A DNA stretch of 28,148 nt from Paraspadella gotoi. Its lineage: Eukaryota; Animalia; Chaetognatha. Positions 1 to 11,108 of this stretch are shown piece after piece; positions within the stretch are counted from its first letter, which is position 1, and every line of letters starts with the position of its first letter. Where the stretch lies: the NCBI GenBank assembly GCA_051294375.1, contig CM119263.1:28863360-28891507 (forward strand), in the 5' to 3' direction. The position numbers and the translations under genes are program-made. A model generated the notes under the pieces. The model saw only the letters and a program-made list of their open reading frames with translations. It was not told the origin of the DNA and ran no database searches.

Positions 1-220
1 ATAATAAGCCAAAGCCTCTTCTATACGGCAAAGGCCCTAACCATCCGGCAAAGTCTAAGAATCGCTAGAAAAATTATCCGGCAAAGTCCGAAGTTCGGAA
101 TCCGAATGAAAGAAAATCCGCCGGAACAGAAATGGGTGAATTGGACGTAACCTTTTGAACTTTTACCCTCGAAGAGAGAAGTTCTCGGCGTCAAAAAAGC
201 CGTTTCGAAGGACTAAGCAC

Positions 221-401
221 NNNNNNNNNNNNNNNNNNNNNNNNNNNNNNNNNNNNNNNNNNNNNNNNNNNNNNNNNNNNNNNNNNNNNNNNNNNNNNNN
301 NNNNNNNNNNNNNNNNNNNNNNNNNNNNNNNNNNNNNNNNNNNNNNNNNNNNNNNNNNNNNNNNNNNNNNNNNNNNNNNNNNNNNNNNNNNNNNNNNNNN
401 N
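221..401. other. Assembly gap (181 N)
   Basis: Run of N. Confidence 0.99.
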
Positions 402-506
402 TCTCCATCTCTGACTCCAGAGGATCAACGTGCTGTATTTCAAATGAAGGCTTAAATCCTCTTTCTACTCGTTCACCCATTAAAACGAGAAGAAGCAGCA
501 TTTATA

Positions 507-574
507 ATCACCATGGCAACTAACTGGCCAATAAAAATTCTTTACTTTCCCAGCCAATCAGCGCTTAGGATTGG
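507..574. promoter_or_regulatory. Candidate RFX X-box plus three CCAAT boxes
   Basis: ATCACCATGGCAAC (507-520) fits the X-box consensus RTHNYYWTRRNRAC. CCAAT at 528-532, cagCCAATcag at 554-558 and ATTGG at 570-574. No transcript evidence, and the cluster could be repeat-borne. Confidence 0.3.
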
Positions 575-1604
575 CGGTGAAATAAAAACTCTACAAATAC
601 CCGGATAACACTCATTACGGACATAAAAAAAACGTAATTTGGTTTAGAAATTCAAATTGTGATCCCTTATATCATTCAATTGAGTATATTTTTACGAGAG
701 AACAATATATCGAATTTAATATACGAGAATATTTTTAAAATGGAATAAATCTGTGCATAACAGATACTATTTTTTTCAAATATTTTTAATTTGTATGTTT
801 CGGAGTCATTATAAGCTGAGCAGAGAGCAGAAGTTTAACATTTAAATATGTTTATAAATCTGGCGTTTGACTTTTCGAAGTTTGTTTTTATTTTGCGTTA
901 TTGAGTTGACCTTGACTGATAGGTCTTTGTTCTCTCCTTCTCTCTCTTTCATAAAAACGCCTAGTAAAGCCAAAAAGATGAAAAATCCAAAAATCCCAAA
1001 GGAAGCCAAAAATATAAAAAGATTAGACCCAACGAAAGAAGCCTTTTCAACGAAGACACAAAAATTCTAAAATTGGGTCATTTTTTTGTCTCTTTTGATC
1101 CAATTTTTTCAGAAAACTCAAAAGTAAAGAGAAGCGAATGCAGGGCAACACAGAGTGAGAAGGAAATAATGCATATTATAAAAAAGAATTAAATTAAACA
1201 ATCTAAAATCCGAGTTAATAAAAATGTCGCATAAATTGTCATCGAAAATAAAATTCGTTTTCCGTCACGATTTCATTTGAACGAAAATTATTTTCATTTC
1301 TTCTTCACATGTTATTGTTTTCTGTGGTCTTTAAATTTTCGTCTTCATCGCTTCCTCAGCCTTTTTTTTAATTTTATATTTTCGTTGTTAAATTTGTCAT
1401 AAAAAATAAGCAAGCTTGTCCACCCCCCATCGCCTGCCCCCTTTCTGTGCGTACTTAGCGTTTCGTTCGCTTATTTTCTATTCTCCTTTATCATTTTTTA
1501 TATCCTTTATTTAAAAAAGAGAGATATTTATGAAAACATGAAAGGAAATCTGGCCTAAGTCCTCCTACGACGCTCTCCTCTCATTAACCAGAGCCTCATT
1601 TATA

Positions 1605-1620
1605 AGAGAGAGAGAGAGAG

Positions 1621-1688
<68 letters not shown>
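1605..1688 (+). repeat. (GA)n microsatellite
   Basis: Direct inspection. Confidence 0.95.
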
Positions 1689-1690
<2 letters not shown>

Positions 1691-2282
1691 TGAATTTTTA
1701 AAAAGTTTGTGTCAAGAAAAATAATATTTCACAACGAAAAAGAAACGCAGCAGAGACAGGCGGGATCGAGAATAGACAACGGACAGACGGAGACGAAAGA
1801 CCTTCAGAACGTCAGGGCCGGTAATTAACAAATATATTGAATTGCTCAATTTTAAACTTCTCAAATTACAAGACAACAACTTCAAATGTTAAATATAAGA
1901 ATTAATGTCTCCGTCGTTTTGGTAGAGTATGTACATTCGGCCAAGGAGACACGCCTCAATTTCCGCGCGCGCGAAGAAAACAATTTCGGCGCCGAGAGAA
2001 ATTCCGGTCCCTAGCGCCCATCCTCGCGCCGTAATAAAAATCAGCTCGCGCGTCGTAAGTGGAAATCTATAATACATTCCTAATTGTAATGAACTAAAAA
2101 TAAAATTTATTTATTTCAAAACTCTTTGAATTTAGCAAAAAAATTTTAATAATATTTTTTATTTCATCCAACTTTTCTAAATTTCCAAAACAAAATCGCT
2201 GCGAAATTAAATCAATAATCAATATTTTCTTTCGCCAGAATTTTCGCTTACGAATTTTTTTTCATCGCGATCAGAAAGGTCA

Positions 2283-2359
<77 letters not shown>
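2283..2359 (+). repeat. (CT)n microsatellite
   Basis: Direct inspection; the counterpart at 16229-16343 is longer. Confidence 0.95.
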
Positions 2360-2361
<2 letters not shown>

Positions 2362-2646
2362 AATAGAGATCAAAACTAAATTCAAAACATAAAAATTCAT
2401 TCCTCTCCCAAAAAAATGCCCATAAAAGCCAAAGTAAACATTATGATTCCAAACATTTTCTTTTTCTTCATTCATATTATTCATATTTTCTGAATTTTAA
2501 TGTTCAAAACTCAAAACGATAAACTTAATTTTTCCTCGTCTTTCGTTCGCTCACGACCACCCCCCCGGCCTCAAAGTCACGTGATCGCGACGGTTTTGTT
2601 TTTAATCATCTCTTCTCTCTCTCCCCCTTTTTTTTCTCTCGTCTTC

Positions 2647-2684
<38 letters not shown>

Positions 2685-2942
2685 CAATCTCTCATCTCTC
2701 TGCTCTCTCTTCTCCATCTTCTTCTGCTCTCTCTTTCTCTCTCTTCTCTTTCCTCCGGTGTTGGCCATCAAAACCAATTTAAAACAAAATAATTTTTTAA
2801 AACTAAAGATTAAAAAGTAGGGTAATCATTAAAAGAGGGGAAGGCGATATTAAGGGGAGAGCCAGATCTCATAAAATTTTGAGGCTGACAAAAACAATCT
2901 TTTGATTTGTAAACAAAGAGAAGAAAAGAAGGTTGAAATAAT

Positions 2943-2943
2943 A

Positions 2944-3030
<87 letters not shown>
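2943..3030 (+). repeat. (GAAA)n microsatellite
   Basis: Near-perfect tetranucleotide run. Confidence 0.95.
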
Positions 3031-3036
<6 letters not shown>

Positions 3037-3293
3037 TCTGGCGGCAAAACCAACCGAAGGCCGTTAAGCAGATGGCGCGGAAGACCATGACTATAACGAC
3101 GTAGAAGAAACGGACGTTAACCGTCATAACGTTTGAATGTGACGTTTACCAAAATATTACAAAAACAAGAGCGTTAGATGTAACAACCGATAATAACCGA
3201 CGCGAGGATAAACAAACGATGATAGAGACATAAACAAACGACGACGACGACGATTACAACGACAACAACAACGACGACGACAACTCTCTCCTA

Positions 3294-3551
<258 letters not shown>

Positions 3552-6500
3552 TTATTTACTTTTAATTTCATTAGAGTTAAGGGAATTAATCCGTTCAGAG
3601 TGGTTTTCCTTATATTTATTTAAATATATATATATAAAAAAACATATTCTACACATTTCTAAATCTAGTTTCTCTTCTAATTCGCAAAAAAAAAAAATCC
3701 CATGCCTTGGGTAATAGGGCCACGTTTAAACATTTTTTGACTAAATGCTGGTTTTTTTTTTTAAATTGGAACATCGAATTTCCCGCTTAAAGAAAAGAAA
3801 TTACGAGTGAGAGACAAAACGCACACACACACAAAAAAAATTGAAATCCCTTTTCAAATAGGAAGGTAGAAGGTATAAATCATTTTTTTAAAATTTATTT
3901 TATTTGTTTAATAACCATAAAATCAAAATAAATCCGTCGGTTCGTCGTCCTCTCTCCCTTTCGGTTGCTTTTATACTCATGAATCGGTCGACAGCCCCTT
4001 TTTTTCGCCGCGGTGAGAATTCCCTCTAAAGTCGGCGCTGTGATAAACGGATTCGGAATAGAAAGGAGAAAAAGAAAAAAAAAGGCGAAATCGAATATCG
4101 TTGTGCATCCAAAGTCTGATTCCGGTATTATAATGTCTAAAATTTCGTCTTTGGCAAATGAACTTTCTTAACTTATACTTAGAGGGATAAATAACGAAAG
4201 ATTGTGTCCCTAATTATATATATAATATTTGAGGCGCTGTTGTTTTTAAAACCGATTCCATTCTAAGTTTGAAATGCTGGAACACAGGATCTGAAAGATT
4301 CGTTCTTAAATCCTGGAATTTTTACTCCAACTAATAAAGCTAAAACCTTCAAAGAAAGGCGAAGTATTATAAATAAATCACAACGATTTCTATAAAAAAA
4401 AACCAATCCCCAGTTTTACTTAAAAACAAAGTTTTAATGAGAAAACCCTGTATCTTTTTTCTCTTTCTTCCAATAAAGGTAATCGGGTGACACCAAAAAA
4501 TCTCCCCCTTTGTTTTTTCTTTGAAGCACCGAGTTAAAATCGACTGGAACAGCGATTAAAAAAAAACAGAAAAAGGAAACAAAAAAAAAAAACAGAAAAA
4601 GAAACAAATAAAAGTCCTGAGGATTTTTCTTTTTTTTTTTTTAACACAACTTCGAATCCCAAAGAATCAATGTTTAGCGAACGTGAGAGAACGAGACGAG
4701 AGAGAGCGAGACGATAAAAGACAACGGTGAGAGAGGGAGTTGAGGCGCGGCGAGCGGGCGGGGGTTGGGTCAGAGGAATAGGAGGCGGGTGGGTGGGGAA
4801 GATTTAGGGGGGAATGGAGGGCGGACAGGTGGGCTTCGATAAGTGTGATGGTTGGGCAATCGTGTGGCCCGAATGGAGACAAGACGTTCGGACGCCGAGG
4901 AGACGAGCGTCGAAAGAGGTCAGGCGTCTCGTGGGTGGGGTTTCGACGCGGAGCGAGGGCGAGTAGTCCCACCGCGGGTGTGGAGCAGGGTAAGTTCGAG
5001 GAAGAATAAAGGGCGATGGAAGTAAAACGAAAAGGATTAGATCCAAAGGTGAAAAAGGGAAGAAAATCTCTAAGGACGAGGGCAAGTTGCAAAGATACTG
5101 AACCAAAAAGTTGAGAGATGGAGTAAAAAGCTGAACGCAAAGTAGGAGAAACTATAAAAGCTGAAGCAAAGAAGTTTAGACTGCAGCAGAAATTAAGAGC
5201 TGGAGCTAAAAGTTAAGACTGAAGTCAAAAACCAAGAAACTGTTCGGCGAGCAAAAGCAAAGGGAAAACGTCAAAAGATAACTGAAATGGTTGAGAATGG
5301 ATTGGAGCAAAGCAAAGATTTAAAAATCTCCAACCGCAAAAATGTGGGTGGAATTGGGGGGAGTGGTAGGGGGAAGAGGGGAGAGGGCGACAGTCGCGTG
5401 ATAAATGACCGAAAAGCGAAAAGTCGATCGACGCATCGACCAGGTGGCGCGGAGTTAACCCCCCCCCATCCTTAAACCCGCCAATTACCCTCAAACATTA
5501 AACCGGACTTAGTCTTTCCAAAATCTCAGTTCGACATCATTTTAACGACTCTTCACTTTGAAACGCGAGTCCCCGCCAGTTTGAGCCATTTCGCCCAGTT
5601 TTACAAACCTCTCCACCTTAATCAAACTTCGCCTTTTTAGCCCACTACTCGCCCTTTCTTAACCCTCTTCCTCCCATCTTAAGCCCTACTTCCACTCGCC
5701 TGGGTACAGAAATGAGGATGGATGCGAAGCGGCGCTGACGGATGACGCTGACTCCGTCCAGAGAGAGAGAAGAGAAAAATGGAGAGAAGCGAGAGAGAGA
5801 AGTTGCTGGAAGATAGGTTAAGAAGGTCGAAAAAGACAGAGGTAGAAAAGTCGGGAAGAGAGGTAAAAAAAAATATTCACTGGAAAGAGAAGAAAAAAGA
5901 GATCCTAGGCGAAGTGAAAAAAGTTTCAATGAGAGAAAAGACAGGGAGAGGAAATGAGTCAAAGAATAAACAGTAATCCTCGATACGTCACGGTCGATCA
6001 TTCCTATTCAAGAACTTGCTCTCGTCTCTCGCTCTCGTCTCTCTCTCTTTCTCGTCTCACTCTCTCCTCTGTCTCTCTCTCTCTCTCCTCTCTCTCTCGT
6101 TTTATCGAAAGAAAAGAGATCGATGATTGAACATGATCAAAAAAACAAAAGAAAAAAAGAAACCTGAAAAATAATAAAAACGAATAAGAAAGAGGAAGAG
6201 GAAGAGGAAGAGAAAAGCATCAGGAAAGGGAAAAGAGGAAGAGGAAGAGGAAAGGAATATAAACAAACATAACGAAATAAGAAAAAAGTAAGAAATTAAA
6301 ATCGAAATAAAAAATAATAAATAGAAAACAATTATTCAAAGCAATAACTGAAAAGGAATATCGGTGTGACGTACGACCTATAACAAAGAAGCGAGAGAAA
6401 AAGAAAATGTATTAAGGATTAATTTAAACGTTAGTCACGAAATATCTTTTTTATTTATTTTAGACGAAATAATTATATGTTTATAAAGACCAAGTTAGAC

Positions 6501-6639
6501 GTAGTTTTTCCTTATGCGTCACGTTCAAACTGGATTGAACATTGATAACAAGAATATCTGAGTATCCGGTAACCTTTTTTAGAATCTTTTTTAACCTGGC
6601 TGGCTCTCTATTTCCTTTTATTCTTTTCCTTCATTCTTC

Positions 6640-6642
<3 letters not shown>

Positions 6643-6678
<36 letters not shown>

Positions 6679-6690
6679 TCTCTCTCTCAC

Positions 6691-6726
<36 letters not shown>
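6643..6726 (+). repeat. (CT)n microsatellite
   Basis: Direct inspection. Confidence 0.9.
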
Positions 6727-6732
<6 letters not shown>

Positions 6733-7189
6733 AAATTTGGTTTTTTCAGCTAAGTCGAAACAGTTTTAAATCAATTCCCCTGTTTTTTCTCTTTCACTAT
6801 TTTTCTCAATTTGAGAATCGGATCCAGAATTTTAGATGCAGAGTGCAACCACTTCTCTCTCATCTCTCTCCTTCTCTCTTCTCTCCTCTATCTCCTCTCA
6901 TCTTCGTCTCTTCTTCTTCTCTCTTCTTCATCTCTCTCTCTCTCTCCTCTCTCTCTCGTCTCTCTCTCTCATTCCATCTCCTCCTCTCTCTCCTCAATCC
7001 TCATATCAATCGATCACCCATTCTCTCTCTCACGACCGATGAAACTAAATCAGGCGAACAAGAAAAAAAGAGAAAAAATTCATTCACGACTAGAACCATC
7101 TATGAGGCGGGCCCATGCACAATTCGTCAGCACGGAGAAAAGAAGAGAGACATGCAGAGAGAGGACAAGAGAGAGAGAGAGAGGAGAGA

Positions 7190-7243
<54 letters not shown>

Positions 7244-7293
7244 GACGAAAGAATGATAAAAGCAAAAGAACACGAAACAAAAAAAAATATGAG

Positions 7294-7488
7294 TCAAAAC
7301 TTCCTATCTATTCCTCCAGCGCTGCACGGAACTAGACCGGGCACAGGCATCCCGTTCAACACCGCCTGCGTCGGCACCGCTTGCGTCGCGCGCCGCCGGC
7401 CGCCGTCGCCCCGCCGCCGCCGCCGCCCGAACAGACGAGCTCAATCCTGCGGTTTTTCGATGACATTAATTCCGAAAAGGAATTTCGC
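7294..7488 (-). other. Candidate terminal coding exon, unknown product
   Basis: GC-rich island after a T-rich tttttAG acceptor. Reads AKFLFGINVIEKPQD...TQAVPTQAVLNGMPVPGLVPCSAGGIDRKF* with both ends in the same frame (195 bp), but with one in-frame TGA and a (GCG)n tract that needs indel correction. No family recognised. Confidence 0.25.
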
Positions 7489-7825
7489 CTAAAAAAAAAT
7501 GACTGAAAAGAGAAAAAAAGATTGGCATCGCACCTAAGACCTGGGCGATGATCTCTTTTCTTGACAAAGAAACAAATCTTTCCTTTCTCTAAAACAAAAA
7601 AAATACTAAGCGAAACGAATGGCTTTTTAAGAATACTATTTCTCCTGAGGTGGCTACGTAAGAAATCTCCAGTTACAGGTGGCGTTCTGGTGCGTATCTG
7701 TGGTGGCATCCCCTGTTTTCGTGGCCCCTGATGTTTAATAGTAACAGAATCGAGAAACAAAAAGTTTTAGTTCAAAGTTTGGCATTAACCTTTGTGTTTT
7801 GATATTTCTATTTCTTTTTATTGCC

Positions 7826-7925
7826 ATGGATTGGAGTGGAATGGATGGATGGATAAATGCAATGGATTGGAGTGATGGACGGATGGAGGAAGGATTGCTG
7901 GATGAGAAACGGATGGATGGACGGA
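7826..7925 (+). repeat. Degenerate (TGGA)n microsatellite
   Basis: atggatggatggat-type units. Confidence 0.8.
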
Positions 7926-8167
7926 GACTGGGATACGAATGACTGGAAGAACAGGCAAACGAGTATCAAATAAAAAAGAAACCTTTGACGGACCCCCGAC
8001 CGATTGACGGACAGACAAAGGGATAAATTTTTTTTTGGACGAATGGAACCTCAGAACCGATAATCGATCGTTTGTGGGCGAGGGATCCGAACGAGACTTA
8101 ACCCGCGGAGATGAAACTGGCCTCACCCGCGGAGGAAGATACTATGGCGGCAGCGTGAGATCTCATA

Positions 8168-8177
8168 TGAGAGAGAG

Positions 8178-8208
<31 letters not shown>

Positions 8209-8279
8209 CAGAGAGGAGAGAGAGAGAGAGAGAGAGAGAAGAGAAGAGAGAGAGAGACGAGAGAGAGAGAGAGGAGAGA
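8168..8279 (+). repeat. (GA)n microsatellite
   Basis: Direct inspection. Confidence 0.9.
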
Positions 8280-8730
8280 ATGTGGGGGTAAGGCCCGAGG
8301 GGGTAATGGAAGGGAGGATGCGACCAAAGAGAGAGAGGGAATGCGACCCAGAGCAATGGATGTGCGTCAATCGACGAAATGCAGTCGAGGAAAAAGAAAT
8401 TGAAGACATCCAGGTTTGACGAATGCAATCAAAGGAAGACCAAGACAACGCGAGACACCGGTTTAGGGACGAAAGATGAAAGGCGAAGACGAAAGGCCAA
8501 GACGAAAGGCGAAGAATGAAGGCGAAAGAAGAAAGACGATTCCCGCTCAAACGGGACTTGAAATCCGTGGCCGAATCGAAGAAAGGCCGGTTCAAAACGC
8601 TAAAATCCGGCAACATAGCGACCCGCCAAAATGTTTTTAGATATTAATTATTAAAGGTTGTAAAAATACAAAATACAAAGATTTAATATATCGGTGAGAA
8701 ACATTTTCTATCCATAGGAAATTAATTGTT

Positions 8731-9440
8731 CCATTGGGATTCCTCCGCAAAGGATCCTCCACCGCGGGTTCCTCCCACACGGGTTTCCTCCCACACGGAT
8801 TCCTCCCCAAGGGATTCTCCAATGGAATTGCTCCCACAGCGGGATTCCTCCCAAAGGAATTCCTCCCACACGGGATTCCTCCCAAAGGAATTCCTCCCAA
8901 AGCGGATTCCCTCCCACACGGGTTTTCCTCCCCAACAGAATTCCTCCCCATGGATTCCTCGCAAGCGGGATTCCTCCACGCGGGATTCTCCACACGGGAT
9001 TCCTCCCATGCGGGAATTCCTCCCACACGGGATTCCTCCCATGCGGGTTCCTCCCACACGGGATTCCTCCCACACGAGATTCCTCCCACACGAGATTCCT
9101 CCACACGGAATTCCTCCCATGCGGGATTCATCCATGCGGGATTCCTACCACCAGCGGGATTCCTCCAACTGGATTCCTCCACGCGGGATTCCTCCCACAC
9201 GGGATTCCTCCCAACGCGGGATTCCTCTCCCACCACGGTATTTCCTCCCACGCGGGATTTCCTCCATGCGGGATTCCTTCCATCACGCGGGATTCCTCCC
9301 CATGCGGATTCCTCCACACGGGATTCCTCCCACGCGGGATGTCCTTCCACACGGGATTCCCTGCCCACACTGGGATTCCTCCACGGCCGGGATTCTCTCA
9401 CCACAGGATCTCCTCACCACGCTGGGATATTTTCTCCCAC
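8731..9440 (+). repeat. Tandem array of ~16-bp unit GGGATTCCTCCCACAC (left arm)
   Basis: About 45 degenerate units with CACAC/CACGC/CATGC/CAAAG variants. Confidence 0.95.
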
Positions 9441-9513
9441 GTCTCCAATGAAAAAAAAACAAGTTGAGCAAAACAATGTCGATCTGCCTACGATAATTAA
9501 GTGGTAATAAGTC

Positions 9514-9717
9514 TCAACTTGGTCAACCTTGCATAATTTTAATCAACTTGTCTTATTTTGGTCAAAACTGGCATACTTTGTCACTGACAAAATTTGGTAA
9601 ACTGCATAATTTCTGGTAAACAGGCCAATAATTTGGTCAACTTGGCAATATTTGGTTAACCTGCAGAATTTGTCAACTCGGCAAATTTTTGTCCAAATTG
9701 GCCATAATTTTGGTCAA
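9514..9717 (+). repeat. Minisatellite, ~19-20-bp unit GGTCAACTTGGCATAATTTT, about 10 copies
   Basis: Units such as ggtcaaccttgcataatttt, ggtcaaaactggcatactt and ggtcaacttggcaatattt. Confidence 0.85.
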
Positions 9718-10071
9718 TCAATAATCATCAAATCAGAGGAGAGATTAGAGAGAGAGAAACTTAAAAATTCAAAATAAATGTGTCTTAATTGGTTTTCCCT
9801 CCTAATTTGAAAACTCTTTTAGCAACACTACGATTAATTCAACAAAATTTATATTCAGTCTTTCATCACTATACTTTCCGCTACCACACTCACCATACAA
9901 TTTCTTTATTTTCTAATCCGCCTGTTCCTGAACTCAATCACTCTTCTCTCTTCTTTCCTTGAACACACTAGAACCATCGCGCTAAATATCAAGAAAGTTA
10001 ATCATCAACTTTACTCAGGGGCATTGTTCCCTCTCGAGAGATCTCCTCGTGTAACAAGAGGCAATCTATGT

Positions 10072-10729
10072 CCGTGTGGGAGGAATCCGTGTGGGGGAGG
10101 AATCCTGAGTGGGCGATCCGTGTGGGAGGAATCGCTGCGTGGGAGGAATCCCCGTTTGTGGGAGGAATCATGTGTGGGGAGGAATCCCGTGTGGGAGGAT
10201 ATCCCGCGTGGGAAGGAATCCCGTGTGGGAGTAAATCCCGCGTGGGAGGAATCCCGTGTGGAAGGAATCCCCGCGTGGGAGGAATCCCGTAATGGAAGGA
10301 ACCCGTGTGGGAGGAATCCCGCGTGGAGGAATCCTGCGTGGGAGGAATGCCCGCGTGGAGGGAATCCCGTGTGGGAGGAATCAACGTGTGGGAAGGAATC
10401 CCGCGTGGGAGGAATCCGTGTGGGAGGAATCCCGCGTGGGAGGAATCCCGTGTGGGAGGAATTCCGCGTGGGAGGAATTCTTTGGGGAGGAATCCGTGTG
10501 GGAGGAATATCCCGTGTGGGAAGGAATTCTATGGGGAGGAATTCCATGGGGAGGACCGTGTGGGAGGATTCCCTTGGGGAGGAATTCCCGTGTGGGAGGA
10601 ATGCCCGCGGGGAGGAATCCCGTGTGGGAGGAATCCCGTGTGGGAGGAATCCCAATGGGGAGGGAATCCCGCGTGGAGGAAATCCCGTATGGGAGGAATC
10701 AGTTGGGAGGAATCGAGTGTGGGAGGAAT
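10072..10729 (-). repeat. Tandem array of ~16-bp unit GTGTGGGAGGAATCCC (right arm, inverted)
   Basis: About 40 units, reverse complement of the 8731-9440 unit. Confidence 0.95.
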
Positions 10730-10926
10730 AACCACAGCCAGCCTAATATGCGCGAATTAATATGAGGAAATTACTAGAGAGCAAACAAAATCCAATTTCA
10801 CACTATGCAAATGTGTGGCTTATCGTCCACTTTAAAAATCTACGGCGCTGACCTCAGTTTTGCGGCGCGCCAATCTCCTAAGGTGCTGATTCCGCGCCAC
10901 CTAGTCCATTTCTCCATTAAGAACTC

Positions 10927-11059
10927 TGGTTCGAGTTCGAAACAGCGAAAGTTTTTTTCCATTTAATGGATTTTCGATGTCGGACGCAATACAGACTTAG
11001 TGTCGCTCTTTACTGTGGAATAAATCAACACACGTTTGGATGAGAGAGAAGAAGGAGAG

Positions 11060-11108
<49 letters not shown>

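Larger units (their letters stand above)
8731..10729. mobile_element. Putative non-autonomous foldback-type element: long inverted arms built from tandem repeats around a 630-bp spacer
   Basis: The left and right arrays are reverse complements with mirrored distribution of unit variants. No transposase, clean termini or target-site duplication seen. Confidence 0.45.

Noticed and set aside
155-523. ORFs spanning the first N gap (also 11944-12273 and 20373-20609)
   Set aside because: They are open only because of N runs and have no recognisable motifs.
1745-1800. Minus-strand SACLCAF resembling the Sema SAVCAF motif
   Set aside because: Both copies share the non-matching bases, and no surrounding Sema residues are present.
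8731-10729. CRISPR array
   Set aside because: Units are contiguous with no unique spacers, there are no cas genes, and the context is eukaryotic.
8637-10765. Overlapping 130-257 aa ORFs in the 16-mer arrays (GIPPTRDSSH / WEESRVGG repeats)
   Set aside because: The repeat unit lacks stop codons in all six frames; ORFs are open on both strands and simply cycle through the unit's frames.
10927-10945. GGTTCGA B-box-like motif suggesting a tRNA or SINE
   Set aside because: No A-box at the right distance and no cloverleaf.
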